Shown piece by piece: positions 18,145 to 25,464 of a stretch of DNA of 64,000 nt. Both the position numbers and the translations under genes were made by a program. This DNA is from a virus, in IMG/VR virus record IMGVR_UViG_3300009158_000001, positions 110,108 through 174,107 of that record, one strand, 5' to 3'. The notes under the pieces were generated by a model that had not been told where the DNA came from, made no database searches, and saw only the letters and a program-made list of their open reading frames with translations. The first letter of the stretch is position 1. Each line of letters begins with the position of its first letter.

Positions 18145-18408
18145 GTGTTGTGAGGTAATCGCGGACCTCTTAGTCATGTTCCAACCCTGGGGAGCATGAT
18201 GAGCCTAGTTAGACAAGGCAAAACGAACAAAGGGAGTAGGTGTCCATCCGCCGAAGTTAAGAGCACCTGTACGCGGGACTCGGGATGGAACTCATGTGCT
18301 GGATCTCCTAAGGAGGCACATGTTTAAACAGAAGAGGGGATGACCTGCGCATGTCACAAAACTGCCCCAATTTTAACCCTCTGGCTTCGGTCGGAGGGTT
18401 TTTCTTTT
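18145..18408 (+). ncRNA. Putative structured RNA ending in an intrinsic terminator
   Basis: Stems GAGGT/ACCTC, CATGTTCC/GGAGCATG, TCCATCC/GGATGGA; UUCG terminator at 18376-18408; only a 6-codon SD-led micro-ORF. Confidence 0.4.
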
Positions 18409-18426
18409 GGCCTCCTGCGTCGTCCA
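18408..18426 (+). promoter_or_regulatory. Hairpin motif copy 7
   Basis: TGGCC-TCCTGCGTC-GTCCA. Confidence 0.6.
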
Positions 18427-18466
18427 GAGAAAGTGGGCAACTTTCGCCCCAAACGGAGAAGAGAAC

Positions 18467-18646
18467 ATGCAGTACGATCTTACAGTGACACAAAGCCCCA
18501 GCGGACTCGTATACTTTCGGGTATACAGCAAAGAGACCGGTGATTGCAAGTGCATCCTGAGCATCGACCCCAAGGACGGGTCTCTCGAGGCGGCAACGGG
18601 TGACGAGGAGTTCACGGGCTACTCCATCGTTGGAGAACTCGTCTAA
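18467..18646 (+). CDS. Hypothetical protein (59 aa)
   Basis: SD GGAG before ATG 18467 (MQYDLTV...). Confidence 0.65.
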   Translation: MQYDLTVTQSPSGLVYFRVYSKETGDCKCILSIDPKDGSLEAATGDEEFTGYSIVGELV

Positions 18647-18650
18647 GAGA

Positions 18651-18680
18651 GACCCTGGCTTCGGCTGGGGTTTCTTTTTT
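18651..18680 (+). terminator. Intrinsic terminator with C-UUCG-G loop
   Basis: GACCCTGGC-TTCG-GCTGGGGTT + T-tract. Confidence 0.8.
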
Positions 18681-18682
18681 CA

Positions 18683-18697
18683 GGCTCCTTCGTCGCC
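18683..18697 (+). promoter_or_regulatory. Hairpin motif copy 8
   Basis: GGC-TCCTTCGTC-GCC. Confidence 0.65.
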
Positions 18698-18740
18698 CAA
18701 GGAAAATGGGTAATGTCACCCTTCCTTTACGGAGTCGAAG

Positions 18741-19145
18741 ATGAACAGTGTCAATTTTGTCGGGTTTCTTACTTCCACCCATAAGGAAGTGGGCGATGTC
18801 CTCTGTGTCGTCGTGAAGAGTGTCGATGGGAACAGTGCTCCCACTGTGCGTTTCACGGGCAAGCAGCGTGAGGCTCTCAAGAAGTGGGGCACCCCCGGAC
18901 GTCTTGTGAGCATCAGTGGCAGCTTCGGAACGGAGGTGAATGGCAAGGTGAAGGACTCCTTCATCGCCTGCGCCTACAGCCGTTTCTTGGACAAGCAGGA
19001 GACTGTGGCTAAGGCTGCTGCTCCTGTTGCGGCACCTGTCGTGGCTGCTGCACCTGTCAAGGCTGCAAAGGCTCCCAAGGCTGCAAAGGCCACAAAGGCT
19101 GCTCCTCCCGCGAATGTCGATCCTGACGACGTTCCGTGGGCGTAA
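18741..19145 (+). CDS. Divergent SSB-like OB-fold protein
   Basis: MNSVNFVGFLT start, GRLVSISGSF strand, Ala/Lys/Pro linker and acidic tail DPDDVPWA. Confidence 0.6.
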   Translation: MNSVNFVGFLTSTHKEVGDVLCVVVKSVDGNSAPTVRFTGKQREALKKWGTPGRLVSISGSFGTEVNGKVKDSFIACAYSRFLDKQETVAKAAAPVAAPVVAAAPVKAAKAPKAAKATKAAPPANVDPDDVPWA

Positions 19146-19147
19146 CT

Positions 19148-19180
19148 AACCCCTGGCTTCGGCTGGGGGTTCTTTTTCTT
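19148..19180 (+). terminator. Intrinsic terminator with C-UUCG-G loop
   Basis: AACCCCTGGC-TTCG-GCTGGGGGTT + T-tract. Confidence 0.8.
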
Positions 19181-19271
19181 GACTCCGCTATGGGCCGGTG
19201 CAGTTCCAGCTCCGAGACGTCTGGCGGCTGTCAGGGAGAAGACCATCATCAAAAAGAGGCGAAAATAAATG

Positions 19272-19286
19272 GGCTCCTGCGTCGCC
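19272..19286 (+). promoter_or_regulatory. Hairpin motif copy 9
   Basis: GGC-TCCTGCGTC-GCC. Confidence 0.65.
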
Positions 19287-19327
19287 TAGGTACAGTGAGG
19301 GTTTGTCCTCGTTGCCAGGAGTCTGTC

Positions 19328-19468
19328 ATGTTTGAGAAAGTGTCGCTTGAAGACTGTTACGGTATCGCTGTGGGTGGTGAGGACGAGATGATCGCCCGCA
19401 TCGACGAGGCCAATGAGTACGTGTACAACCACGATGAGTTGGATGACTTCGACTACAGCGAAGGTTGA
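19328..19468 (+). CDS. Small acidic protein (46 aa)
   Basis: AGGAGTCTGTC-ATG start; terminator at 19470-19498 follows. Confidence 0.65.
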   Translation: MFEKVSLEDCYGIAVGGEDEMIARIDEANEYVYNHDELDDFDYSEG

Positions 19469-19509
19469 AGAGATGGCCCGAAAGGGTCTTTTCTTTTCTA
19501 AGACAAAGG

Positions 19510-19526
19510 GGCCTCCTGCGTCGGCC
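19510..19526 (+). promoter_or_regulatory. Hairpin motif copy 10
   Basis: GGCC-TCCTGCGTC-GGCC. Confidence 0.65.
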
Positions 19527-19529
19527 ATA

Positions 19530-19970
19530 TGTCTTGAGTCTCGGCTCTACAGTTTACGGCGTCGAGTAGGTTACATTGCGAATAATAGGGGATGTAAACC
19601 CTATTGCTCGTACTGCAAGACGTCATCCTTTGAGAGTTTACTAGTAAAATCATAAGTGCGCCTGCCGCTTATGGGAACCTAGTGAGAGTCAGGGTTGCAA
19701 ACCTGGCTATAACAAATAGGCTGACTATTATGGGACCCTGCCCTGGTAGTTATATGAACATGGGGTGGTCTGCTGCAGCGGGCCTTTGATCAGTCGGGTG
19801 TTCGCTATACAGATACTGAACGGGTGACCACGCCCACAGTTGAGTGCAAGGCTCAGCAATTAGGATTCCTACGAGAAGGGTTCAATCCCCTTTTTCATCG
19901 GCCACATGCCATGTAGGGTTCAGTATCAGCGCAATGTATGGCTATGGGTTCGAGTCCCATATGATTGAAT
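19530..19970 (+). ncRNA. Putative ~440-nt multi-stem RNA or structured leader with two T-loop hairpins
   Basis: No SD-led ORF. Nested stems GTCTTG/CAAGAC, AATAGGG/CCCTATT, CATAAG/CTTATG, AGTCAG/CTGACT; T-loop-like GGTTCAATCC (19879) and GGTTCGAGTCC (19947). Confidence 0.45.
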
Positions 19971-19998
19971 TACTTTACACCGTCCTAAGGAGGACAAC

Positions 19999-20577
19999 AT
20001 GGATAAGAGCATGATCTTCAATTTCAATACCGTTGTCTTGTTTGCGACCGAGATCGCCAAGAGGATGAACTTCCTGGGATACGATACGACCTACAGCGTC
20101 TCTATGACCGAGTTCAGTGGCCCGACCATCTCGGCTGCCATCAGGGGCAACACCGAGAAAGAAGGGTGGTACATTGTGGAGCACGGGATGTTCCATGATG
20201 CGCACAAAGGCTTCGAGGTCAATTTCACGATTGGCCTCCCCAGCGCAGAGGGTGAGTACATCTCCGAGTGGGTGAAGGCCAAGATCAACAGGATCCGCCT
20301 CCGTGACTGCTTGGAGATCAACGAGACCCTGTACTCCGTTCCGACTCTGGAAGTTTACTCGGAGCGGTTTGGAGGGACGTATGCTTTCTACAGTGCAATC
20401 CCCACCTTGACGAAACACTTCGACTTCACGGTCAAGAACGTCAAGGGTGACATGGATGGCCTCATCGATCTGTTCTGGGGACAGAAGGGCCTCCTCAGCA
20501 AGATTGAAGACCCCGACTGTGCAATCGAAGAGTTCAACAACCTCCTGGTTGAGTTGGGCGATTCTGTCTCGTCCTAG
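19999..20577 (+). CDS. Hypothetical protein (192 aa)
   Basis: SD AAGGAGG; open frame. Confidence 0.8.
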   Translation: MDKSMIFNFNTVVLFATEIAKRMNFLGYDTTYSVSMTEFSGPTISAAIRGNTEKEGWYIVEHGMFHDAHKGFEVNFTIGLPSAEGEYISEWVKAKINRIRLRDCLEINETLYSVPTLEVYSERFGGTYAFYSAIPTLTKHFDFTVKNVKGDMDGLIDLFWGQKGLLSKIEDPDCAIEEFNNLLVELGDSVSS

Positions 20578-20732
20578 TAGTCCAATAGGTCCACAGCCTG
20601 CAACCTGCCCGTTGGTAGGCTAACCTATCAGATGTCATGTCTGGTAGCCACAAAGGCTGCATCACTTCCTTATGGTAATAGATAGGTTCGAATCCTATCA
20701 GGAAGACTTTACCCCCTTATATAGGTGACAAG

Positions 20733-20936
20733 ATGAAACATGTGCCCGGACATAGTTCGATGGATGAGCAGGCTATGGAGACTGTAATCTCTCATGGGAA
20801 GTTTCTTCTTGAGAGAGCAAATGCAGTACTACATTTATATCCCCAGCTCCAAGAGTATAGGGATGCACTGGTAGAGATGCAGAAGTATGCCGAGAAGGCA
20901 ATGGATAATGGACACTTCCCCGATTCCGACCTCTAA
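20733..20936 (+). CDS. Hypothetical protein
   Basis: SD AGGT; operon-like packing. Confidence 0.65.
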   Translation: MKHVPGHSSMDEQAMETVISHGKFLLERANAVLHLYPQLQEYRDALVEMQKYAEKAMDNGHFPDSDL

Positions 20937-20954
20937 CGTCCTTAGGAGGACACC

Positions 20955-21137
20955 ATGCGAATAAAGCATAACATTATCGTTACGTGGAAAGATTGTGACA
21001 AGGGGTGCTGCGAGGACTATAGGGTATTCCAGTTCTCTGGTAGTCCCGGACAGGCAATTAGGTTTTCCCAAGAGGTAGCAAAACTTCATCCTACTACATT
21101 CCGTATTAGGATCTATCAATACGACAACGAGGAATAA
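20955..21137 (+). CDS. Hypothetical protein
   Basis: SD TAGGAGG. Confidence 0.7.
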   Translation: MRIKHNIIVTWKDCDKGCCEDYRVFQFSGSPGQAIRFSQEVAKLHPTTFRIRIYQYDNEE

Positions 21138-21139
21138 TC

Positions 21140-21598
21140 ATGAATATGAATACCGTTGAGGATATGCACAAGATCTTGAGAATCCTGGATGCCGAAGTAG
21201 CAAAGAGGAAGATTCCTTTTGATGTGATTCCAGAGAGAACAGCGGCGGAGTATCGTGCCCTGGCCGAAGACCATGAAGAGTATGTTGCTCTTCTTGCAAG
21301 AGAGAGGAAGGTAATCAATGCCTACTTCAATGCCGTTCAGATGCAGGAGTGGGCACAGAACCACAAGCGCTGGATACAGACGGGATTGAACGGTTATACT
21401 ACCCATGAGTTGAGCCCTGTTGGCAAAGAGACCCTGAACAGATACCTCAACAAAGTAGTTGAGGAAATCTGGTGGGATGCCAATGAGGACCGTCTTGTGA
21501 CAGAATTCGAAAGTTCCCGCCAGTACCTCGGCGATGATGATCGCAACTTTGAGTGGTACATCAACAGGGAATATGAAACTTACCTTCAAACCCTCTAA
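21140..21598 (+). CDS. Hypothetical protein (152 aa)
   Basis: SD GAGG; adjacent to the previous stop. Confidence 0.75.
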   Translation: MNMNTVEDMHKILRILDAEVAKRKIPFDVIPERTAAEYRALAEDHEEYVALLARERKVINAYFNAVQMQEWAQNHKRWIQTGLNGYTTHELSPVGKETLNRYLNKVVEEIWWDANEDRLVTEFESSRQYLGDDDRNFEWYINREYETYLQTL

Positions 21599-21609
21599 CA
21601 GGAAAAACA

Positions 21610-21783
21610 ATGAAAATGATACCTGTTGATCTTTGGATGAACTTTGATGGATGGCTAGACGAAAACTACGATCTTCTTGATAAGGAGTTCGTTGAGATCT
21701 ATGGAAAGGATGGATCAAGTAAAGACTTTGGCCAGTTCGCTGCAAGTAAACACAATGAATACTGTGAATCCCTTAAGAAGTAA
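21610..21783 (+). CDS. Hypothetical protein (57 aa)
   Basis: Read by hand (MKMIPVDLW...); SD AGGA; fills the gap between neighbours. Confidence 0.6.
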   Translation: MKMIPVDLWMNFDGWLDENYDLLDKEFVEIYGKDGSSKDFGQFAASKHNEYCESLKK

Positions 21784-21793
21784 GAGGTGTACT

Positions 21794-21958
21794 GTGAATA
21801 AGTTTATCAATGTGACTGTCCGCGTTCCTACGTCCAACATCGTAATCAGTGAGTCTCATGACGACATTGATACTGCGATGTGTAGGGGAGAAATTCTGTC
21901 TAAGGCCTTGGGCGGTTCTTGGACTATGACCTTCAATGCTAACCAGGTCAAGATCTAA
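21794..21958 (+). CDS. Hypothetical protein
   Basis: SD GAGGT + GTG start. Confidence 0.55.
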   Translation: MNKFINVTVRVPTSNIVISESHDDIDTAMCRGEILSKALGGSWTMTFNANQVKI

Positions 21959-22024
21959 TGGTCTGGTATACTTGGCAATTTCGTTTCTTCCTTGCCTTTT
22001 GGCAACTTTACCTGTGAGGTTATA

Positions 22025-22418
22025 ATGCACGAAATTAAGATTGATGATCATGTTGTCCAGCTCAATAACTGGCAGTTCGGTACTTTGTTCTTCTTTTGTT
22101 TGTCGGGGCTTGGCGCTCTCTCCATGGTTCTCATGGTTATCATCGACATCATCCGTTGGAGTATGCAATGAAGATTACATTCAATGTTAACGAGTCCTTC
22201 GCTGAGGTTCATAGCCTTGGCTTCGCAACAACTTGCCTTCTTTTTGCCAGTCTCATCTCTGGCATCTCTTACTGGATCATCGCAGCAGTGATGTTCTTTG
22301 ATTCCAGTTACGTATAGGACATATAATGAAGATGACGTTTCTGTATATCCTGGCAATCACCTTACTTATTACTGTGATCAAGATCATTCAGATCCTTGAT
22401 CCTACTTACTGGAGTTAG
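22025..22418 (+). CDS. Three tiny membrane-peptide genes (22025-22171, 22168-22317, 22326-22418)
   Basis: Hand-read hydrophobic ORFs of 48, 49 and 30 aa with SDs and an ATGA overlap. Confidence 0.5.
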
Positions 22419-22420
22419 TC

Positions 22421-22585
22421 ATGAGCAAGACAAAGAAGTTTGAAAAGGTTCCCCGCCGTGATGTCGCCGCAATGACGCTTGCTTGCGGTGGTTTCAAGAA
22501 CGGTAACCATGGAGATCCCCGCAAGGAGGAATCCAAGAATGGTTGCCGCAAGTTCAAGTTCAACAACAATTCCTCGGAGGAATAG
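22421..22585 (+). CDS. Small basic protein (54 aa)
   Basis: SD GGAG; MSKTKKFEK... Confidence 0.55.
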   Translation: MSKTKKFEKVPRRDVAAMTLACGGFKNGNHGDPRKEESKNGCRKFKFNNNSSEE

Positions 22586-22867
22586 ATGTACGAGACAAAG
22601 AGTCTGATCATTGATGGGTTCCGTCACCTTACTTACGTTAGCCTTACCGCTAGCACACGTGATGGTCGAAAGGAACAACTTCGAGAGTACCGGACAGCAT
22701 TCAATTTGCTTCAGGATACCGCTCCTCTTTGGGATGAACACTTTGACATCAAAGAAGGATCCCGGAAGGCGCGTTACCGTATGGACTATCTCGAAAAGCA
22801 CTTCGAGAATCTTGAGTGTATCATCCTTGTAGCAGAGGCAATCGCCCGCGCTGAAAACATCAAGTAG
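22586..22867 (+). CDS. Hypothetical protein
   Basis: SD GGAGG. Confidence 0.7.
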   Translation: MYETKSLIIDGFRHLTYVSLTASTRDGRKEQLREYRTAFNLLQDTAPLWDEHFDIKEGSRKARYRMDYLEKHFENLECIILVAEAIARAENIK

Positions 22868-22876
22868 GAGAAGAAC

Positions 22877-23062
22877 ATGGAAAACGTAGATCCTATGGAC
22901 AATGTCGACTCGCGCCTCTTTCAAATCAACTACCGAAACGCCGAAAACATTGCCTACCTAGTAGCAATGCTGGAAACAGTCTGGGGAGTTGACCGTATCA
23001 ATACACTAATGCTTGCTGTGCGGGACATTCGTATCAGTCAAGAAAACCACCAGGAGATCTAA
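22877..23062 (+). CDS. Hypothetical protein
   Basis: SD AGGAG. Confidence 0.7.
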   Translation: MENVDPMDNVDSRLFQINYRNAENIAYLVAMLETVWGVDRINTLMLAVRDIRISQENHQEI

Positions 23063-23214
23063 TGAGAAGCATCCTTATGAGTACTGTATCCTTTACTATG
23101 GAGCATATCAATGGAACTGCAAACATTGTAGTCCCTGTGTGGTTTGTGTTTCTCTATACTGCGGCTAGTTTGATCTGGCCAGCCATTGCTATCTTGGCCC
23201 TCGTAAATAGAGGG

Positions 23215-23233
23215 TAGCCTCCTTCGTCGGCTA
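23215..23233 (+). promoter_or_regulatory. Hairpin motif copy 11
   Basis: TAGCC-TCCTTCGTC-GGCTA. Confidence 0.65.
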
Positions 23234-23409
23234 GTTCTTCCCTATTGGAGAGTAAACCTAAGATAGAGAAAACAATGATCAATGAAATCAAACAACTTCT
23301 ATTAGGAGCCGCAGGTCTCGCAGGTGCATTTCTTATAGTGCTTCTGTGCTTTGAAGTCTTGATCGCAATCAAAGACATCGCAATAGTTATGATTAACTAG
23401 ATAAAGGAG

Positions 23410-23428
23410 TAGCCTCCTGCGTCGGCTA
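23410..23428 (+). promoter_or_regulatory. Hairpin motif copy 12
   Basis: TAGCC-TCCTGCGTC-GGCTA. Confidence 0.65.
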
Positions 23429-23493
23429 GATGTCGTGCTATTGTGTCCTATTCAATAAGTTTCCTTCGATAAGAAGGGTAAGTGAGAGTTGTC

Positions 23494-23955
23494 ATGAAAG
23501 ATAAGAATCGTGTTGAACTTCGTGGTCGTCTTGGTGCAGATCCTATTCTCTCTACTACGGAGACCGGACGTAGTCGGACTAGCCTTCGTCTCTGTACTAA
23601 TTACGAGTATAAGACTGCTGATGGTACGGAAGTAAAGAACTCCGAGTGGCACACTATCGTTGTCTGGGGTAAGGCTGCCGAGAACGCAGTCAAGTACCTG
23701 TCAAAGGGTAGTGAAGCAGAGGTCGAGGGTCGTCTTCAGTCCCGTAAGTACACGGACAAGGCGGGAGTTGAGCGTTACACTACGGAGATCGTGGCGAACG
23801 AGATCAACTATGGTCGTCGTCCTACTGCTAAGACTGCAGAGGAAGCGGCCCCAGCTGCTCAGGCCAGTCCTGTTCAGCGTACTACGGTTCGTCGCCGAGA
23901 GAATGAGGTTACTGCTTCTAGTAACTTTCAGTCTGATGACGAGATTCCGTTCTAG
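23494..23955 (+). CDS. ssb: Single-stranded DNA-binding protein
   Basis: NRVELRGRLGADP, EWHTIVVWGKAAE, KGSEAEVEGRLQSRKYTDK, YTTEI, C-terminal DDEIPF. Confidence 0.95.
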   Translation: MKDKNRVELRGRLGADPILSTTETGRSRTSLRLCTNYEYKTADGTEVKNSEWHTIVVWGKAAENAVKYLSKGSEAEVEGRLQSRKYTDKAGVERYTTEIVANEINYGRRPTAKTAEEAAPAAQASPVQRTTVRRRENEVTASSNFQSDDEIPF

Positions 23956-23983
23956 TCAACTACTAGGGTAAAACCTAGGCTGC

Positions 23984-24058
23984 GTGCCCGTAGCACAGTT
24001 GGATAGTTGCAACGGCCTTCTAAGCCGTAGGTCACTGGTTCAAGTCCAGTCGGGCACA
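23984..24058 (+). tRNA. tRNA-Arg(TCT)
   Basis: Acceptor GTGCCCG/CGGGCAC; anticodon arm ACGGC-CTTCTAA-GCCGT; T-loop TTCAAGT. Confidence 0.92.
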
Positions 24059-24103
24059 CTTTCCCCAAACGCTCTATATTCTAGAGTACAACATGAGAGG
24101 TAT

Positions 24104-24418
24104 ATGATGAGTGATGTTTTGACCGCGAGTGGTGTGATTCGAGTTGGTTCTTCTAACCCTGCAGTTCCTACTGTAGCACGAGTTCGTACAGAGGCTGGGT
24201 CCTTTGTCGTAACCCGTTGCAAGATGGGTGGTGATGATATCGAGGTATGGAGCAATGGGGAGATTGGTGCCGAGGGATTCACCTTGGGCTTCAAGAACCT
24301 TCCTCTATTTCTAAAGCGACACAAGAAGGATGCGACGGGTAAGCCGCTTCATCCAGGTTATCGCGCTATTCAGATTCACGCACCTAATGCAGGTGCATTC
24401 TATCGAGTGGAGGGTTAA
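24104..24418 (+). CDS. Hypothetical protein
   Basis: SD GAGAGG after the tRNA. Confidence 0.7.
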   Translation: MMSDVLTASGVIRVGSSNPAVPTVARVRTEAGSFVVTRCKMGGDDIEVWSNGEIGAEGFTLGFKNLPLFLKRHKKDATGKPLHPGYRAIQIHAPNAGAFYRVEG

Positions 24419-24421
24419 GTT

Positions 24422-24796
24422 ATGGCTGAAGGAGCAGTTGAGGCAGGAGTTATGGCAAAGGCGGCAAGCGCTGGCATGGCAGGTGCCCTGTGGGGTATCT
24501 TCGCTAGTGCCTTCCTTGTCATTCCAGCAATCTTTGGTTCGCTATTCGCACCAGCGCTAAAGAAGACTCATTCGACTATCACACGAAAGTTGGATGAGAC
24601 TAAGGTTGGGCAAGGCAAAACCACAGTACAGATGGCAGGCAAGAAGATGAGTAAGGTAGAGCGTGAACATCAGGCTCGTCTTGCTGAGATTAATGCCGAC
24701 CTTGAGGAGCAGAAGTTGCGTCAGGAACTGGCACGACTTTCTTCTCGTCGGAAGACAAAGAGCAGCGGACGTAACGCTAGCGCCCAGTCTATCTAA
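24422..24796 (+). CDS. Membrane protein with coiled-coil tail
   Basis: Hydrophobic residues 20-45; SD GGAGGG; terminator at 24800-24833. Confidence 0.7.
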   Translation: MAEGAVEAGVMAKAASAGMAGALWGIFASAFLVIPAIFGSLFAPALKKTHSTITRKLDETKVGQGKTTVQMAGKKMSKVEREHQARLAEINADLEEQKLRQELARLSSRRKTKSSGRNASAQSI

Positions 24797-25199
24797 AGAA
24801 GACCCTCATCGCAAGATGGGGGTTTTTTCTTTTCCAAATCAGGGAGATCAGGGAGGCCGGTGCTTCAATAGACCGGTAACAGGATTCCAGCTCCCAGCTC
24901 CGTTCCGAGACCAGGGCAAGGACAAGAGTTACTAGCCAAAAAGAGTCGAGAGATTAACAGTCAAAAAGATAAAACTTTACTAGAAATAAAATGGACAAAA
25001 AGAGTCCAGAGTTACGAAGGCAGCTTTTACCCTATAGGGGTATATACAGTATATAGTATAGAGGTATATAGACTGGTCAAAAAGAGTCGAGAGAATAGCT
25101 TTATATGGCTTTTGGCATATAGGGGTATATAGAGGTATAAGACGGGCTTACGCGAGGACAAGGTATATTGGTATAGTTTGTAGGAGCGGGGTAGGTATA

Positions 25200-25292
25200 G
25201 CAGGGAATATGCAGGGAATCTGCAGGGAATATGCAGGGAATCTGCAAGGTATAACGCAGGGTTTGCAGGGAATATGCAGGGAACTAGCAGGT
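25200..25292. repeat. Tandem ~11-bp GCAGGGAAT(A/C)T repeats (iteron-like)
   Basis: Four tandem 11-mers followed by degenerate copies, inside a 670-bp non-coding gap. Confidence 0.85.
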
Positions 25293-25377
25293 CATAGCAT
25301 AGTCTAATACTGTATCCTCTATATACTCTTATATGCTTTATGCTATTTACTCTTTAAAACACTAGTTTATTTTAGGC

Positions 25378-25394
25378 GGCCTCCTGCGTCGGCT
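25378..25394 (+). promoter_or_regulatory. Hairpin motif copy 13
   Basis: GGCC-TCCTGCGTC-GGCT. Confidence 0.65.
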
Positions 25395-25464
25395 AAATTG
25401 CTTGTATTTACTTTTTGATCTTGTTTACGAAGATCTTTAACTAATCTTTAATGGAGACTTACCT

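Noticed and set aside
18172-18224. Hammerhead ribozyme (TGATGAG-stem-AAAAC)
   Set aside because: The core deviates (ATGATGA instead of CTGATGA, AAAA instead of GAAA) and no consistent stem III or cleavage triplet is present.
16898-19526. CRISPR array formed by the repeated motif
   Set aside because: Repeats are only 15-19 bp, spacing is irregular (about 70-590 bp), spacers contain genes and terminators, and there are no cas genes.
19530-19970. tmRNA or complete tRNAs
   Set aside because: T-loops are present, but there is no alanyl acceptor stem with G3.U70/CCA and no anticodon arms.
5100-25400. Assembly chimera or inserted foreign element explaining the GC-rich block
   Set aside because: The same hairpin motif recurs in the AT-rich part (25378, 33591, 56988), GC declines gradually on the right side, and no integrase or att sites are seen. 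The left junction still needs read support.
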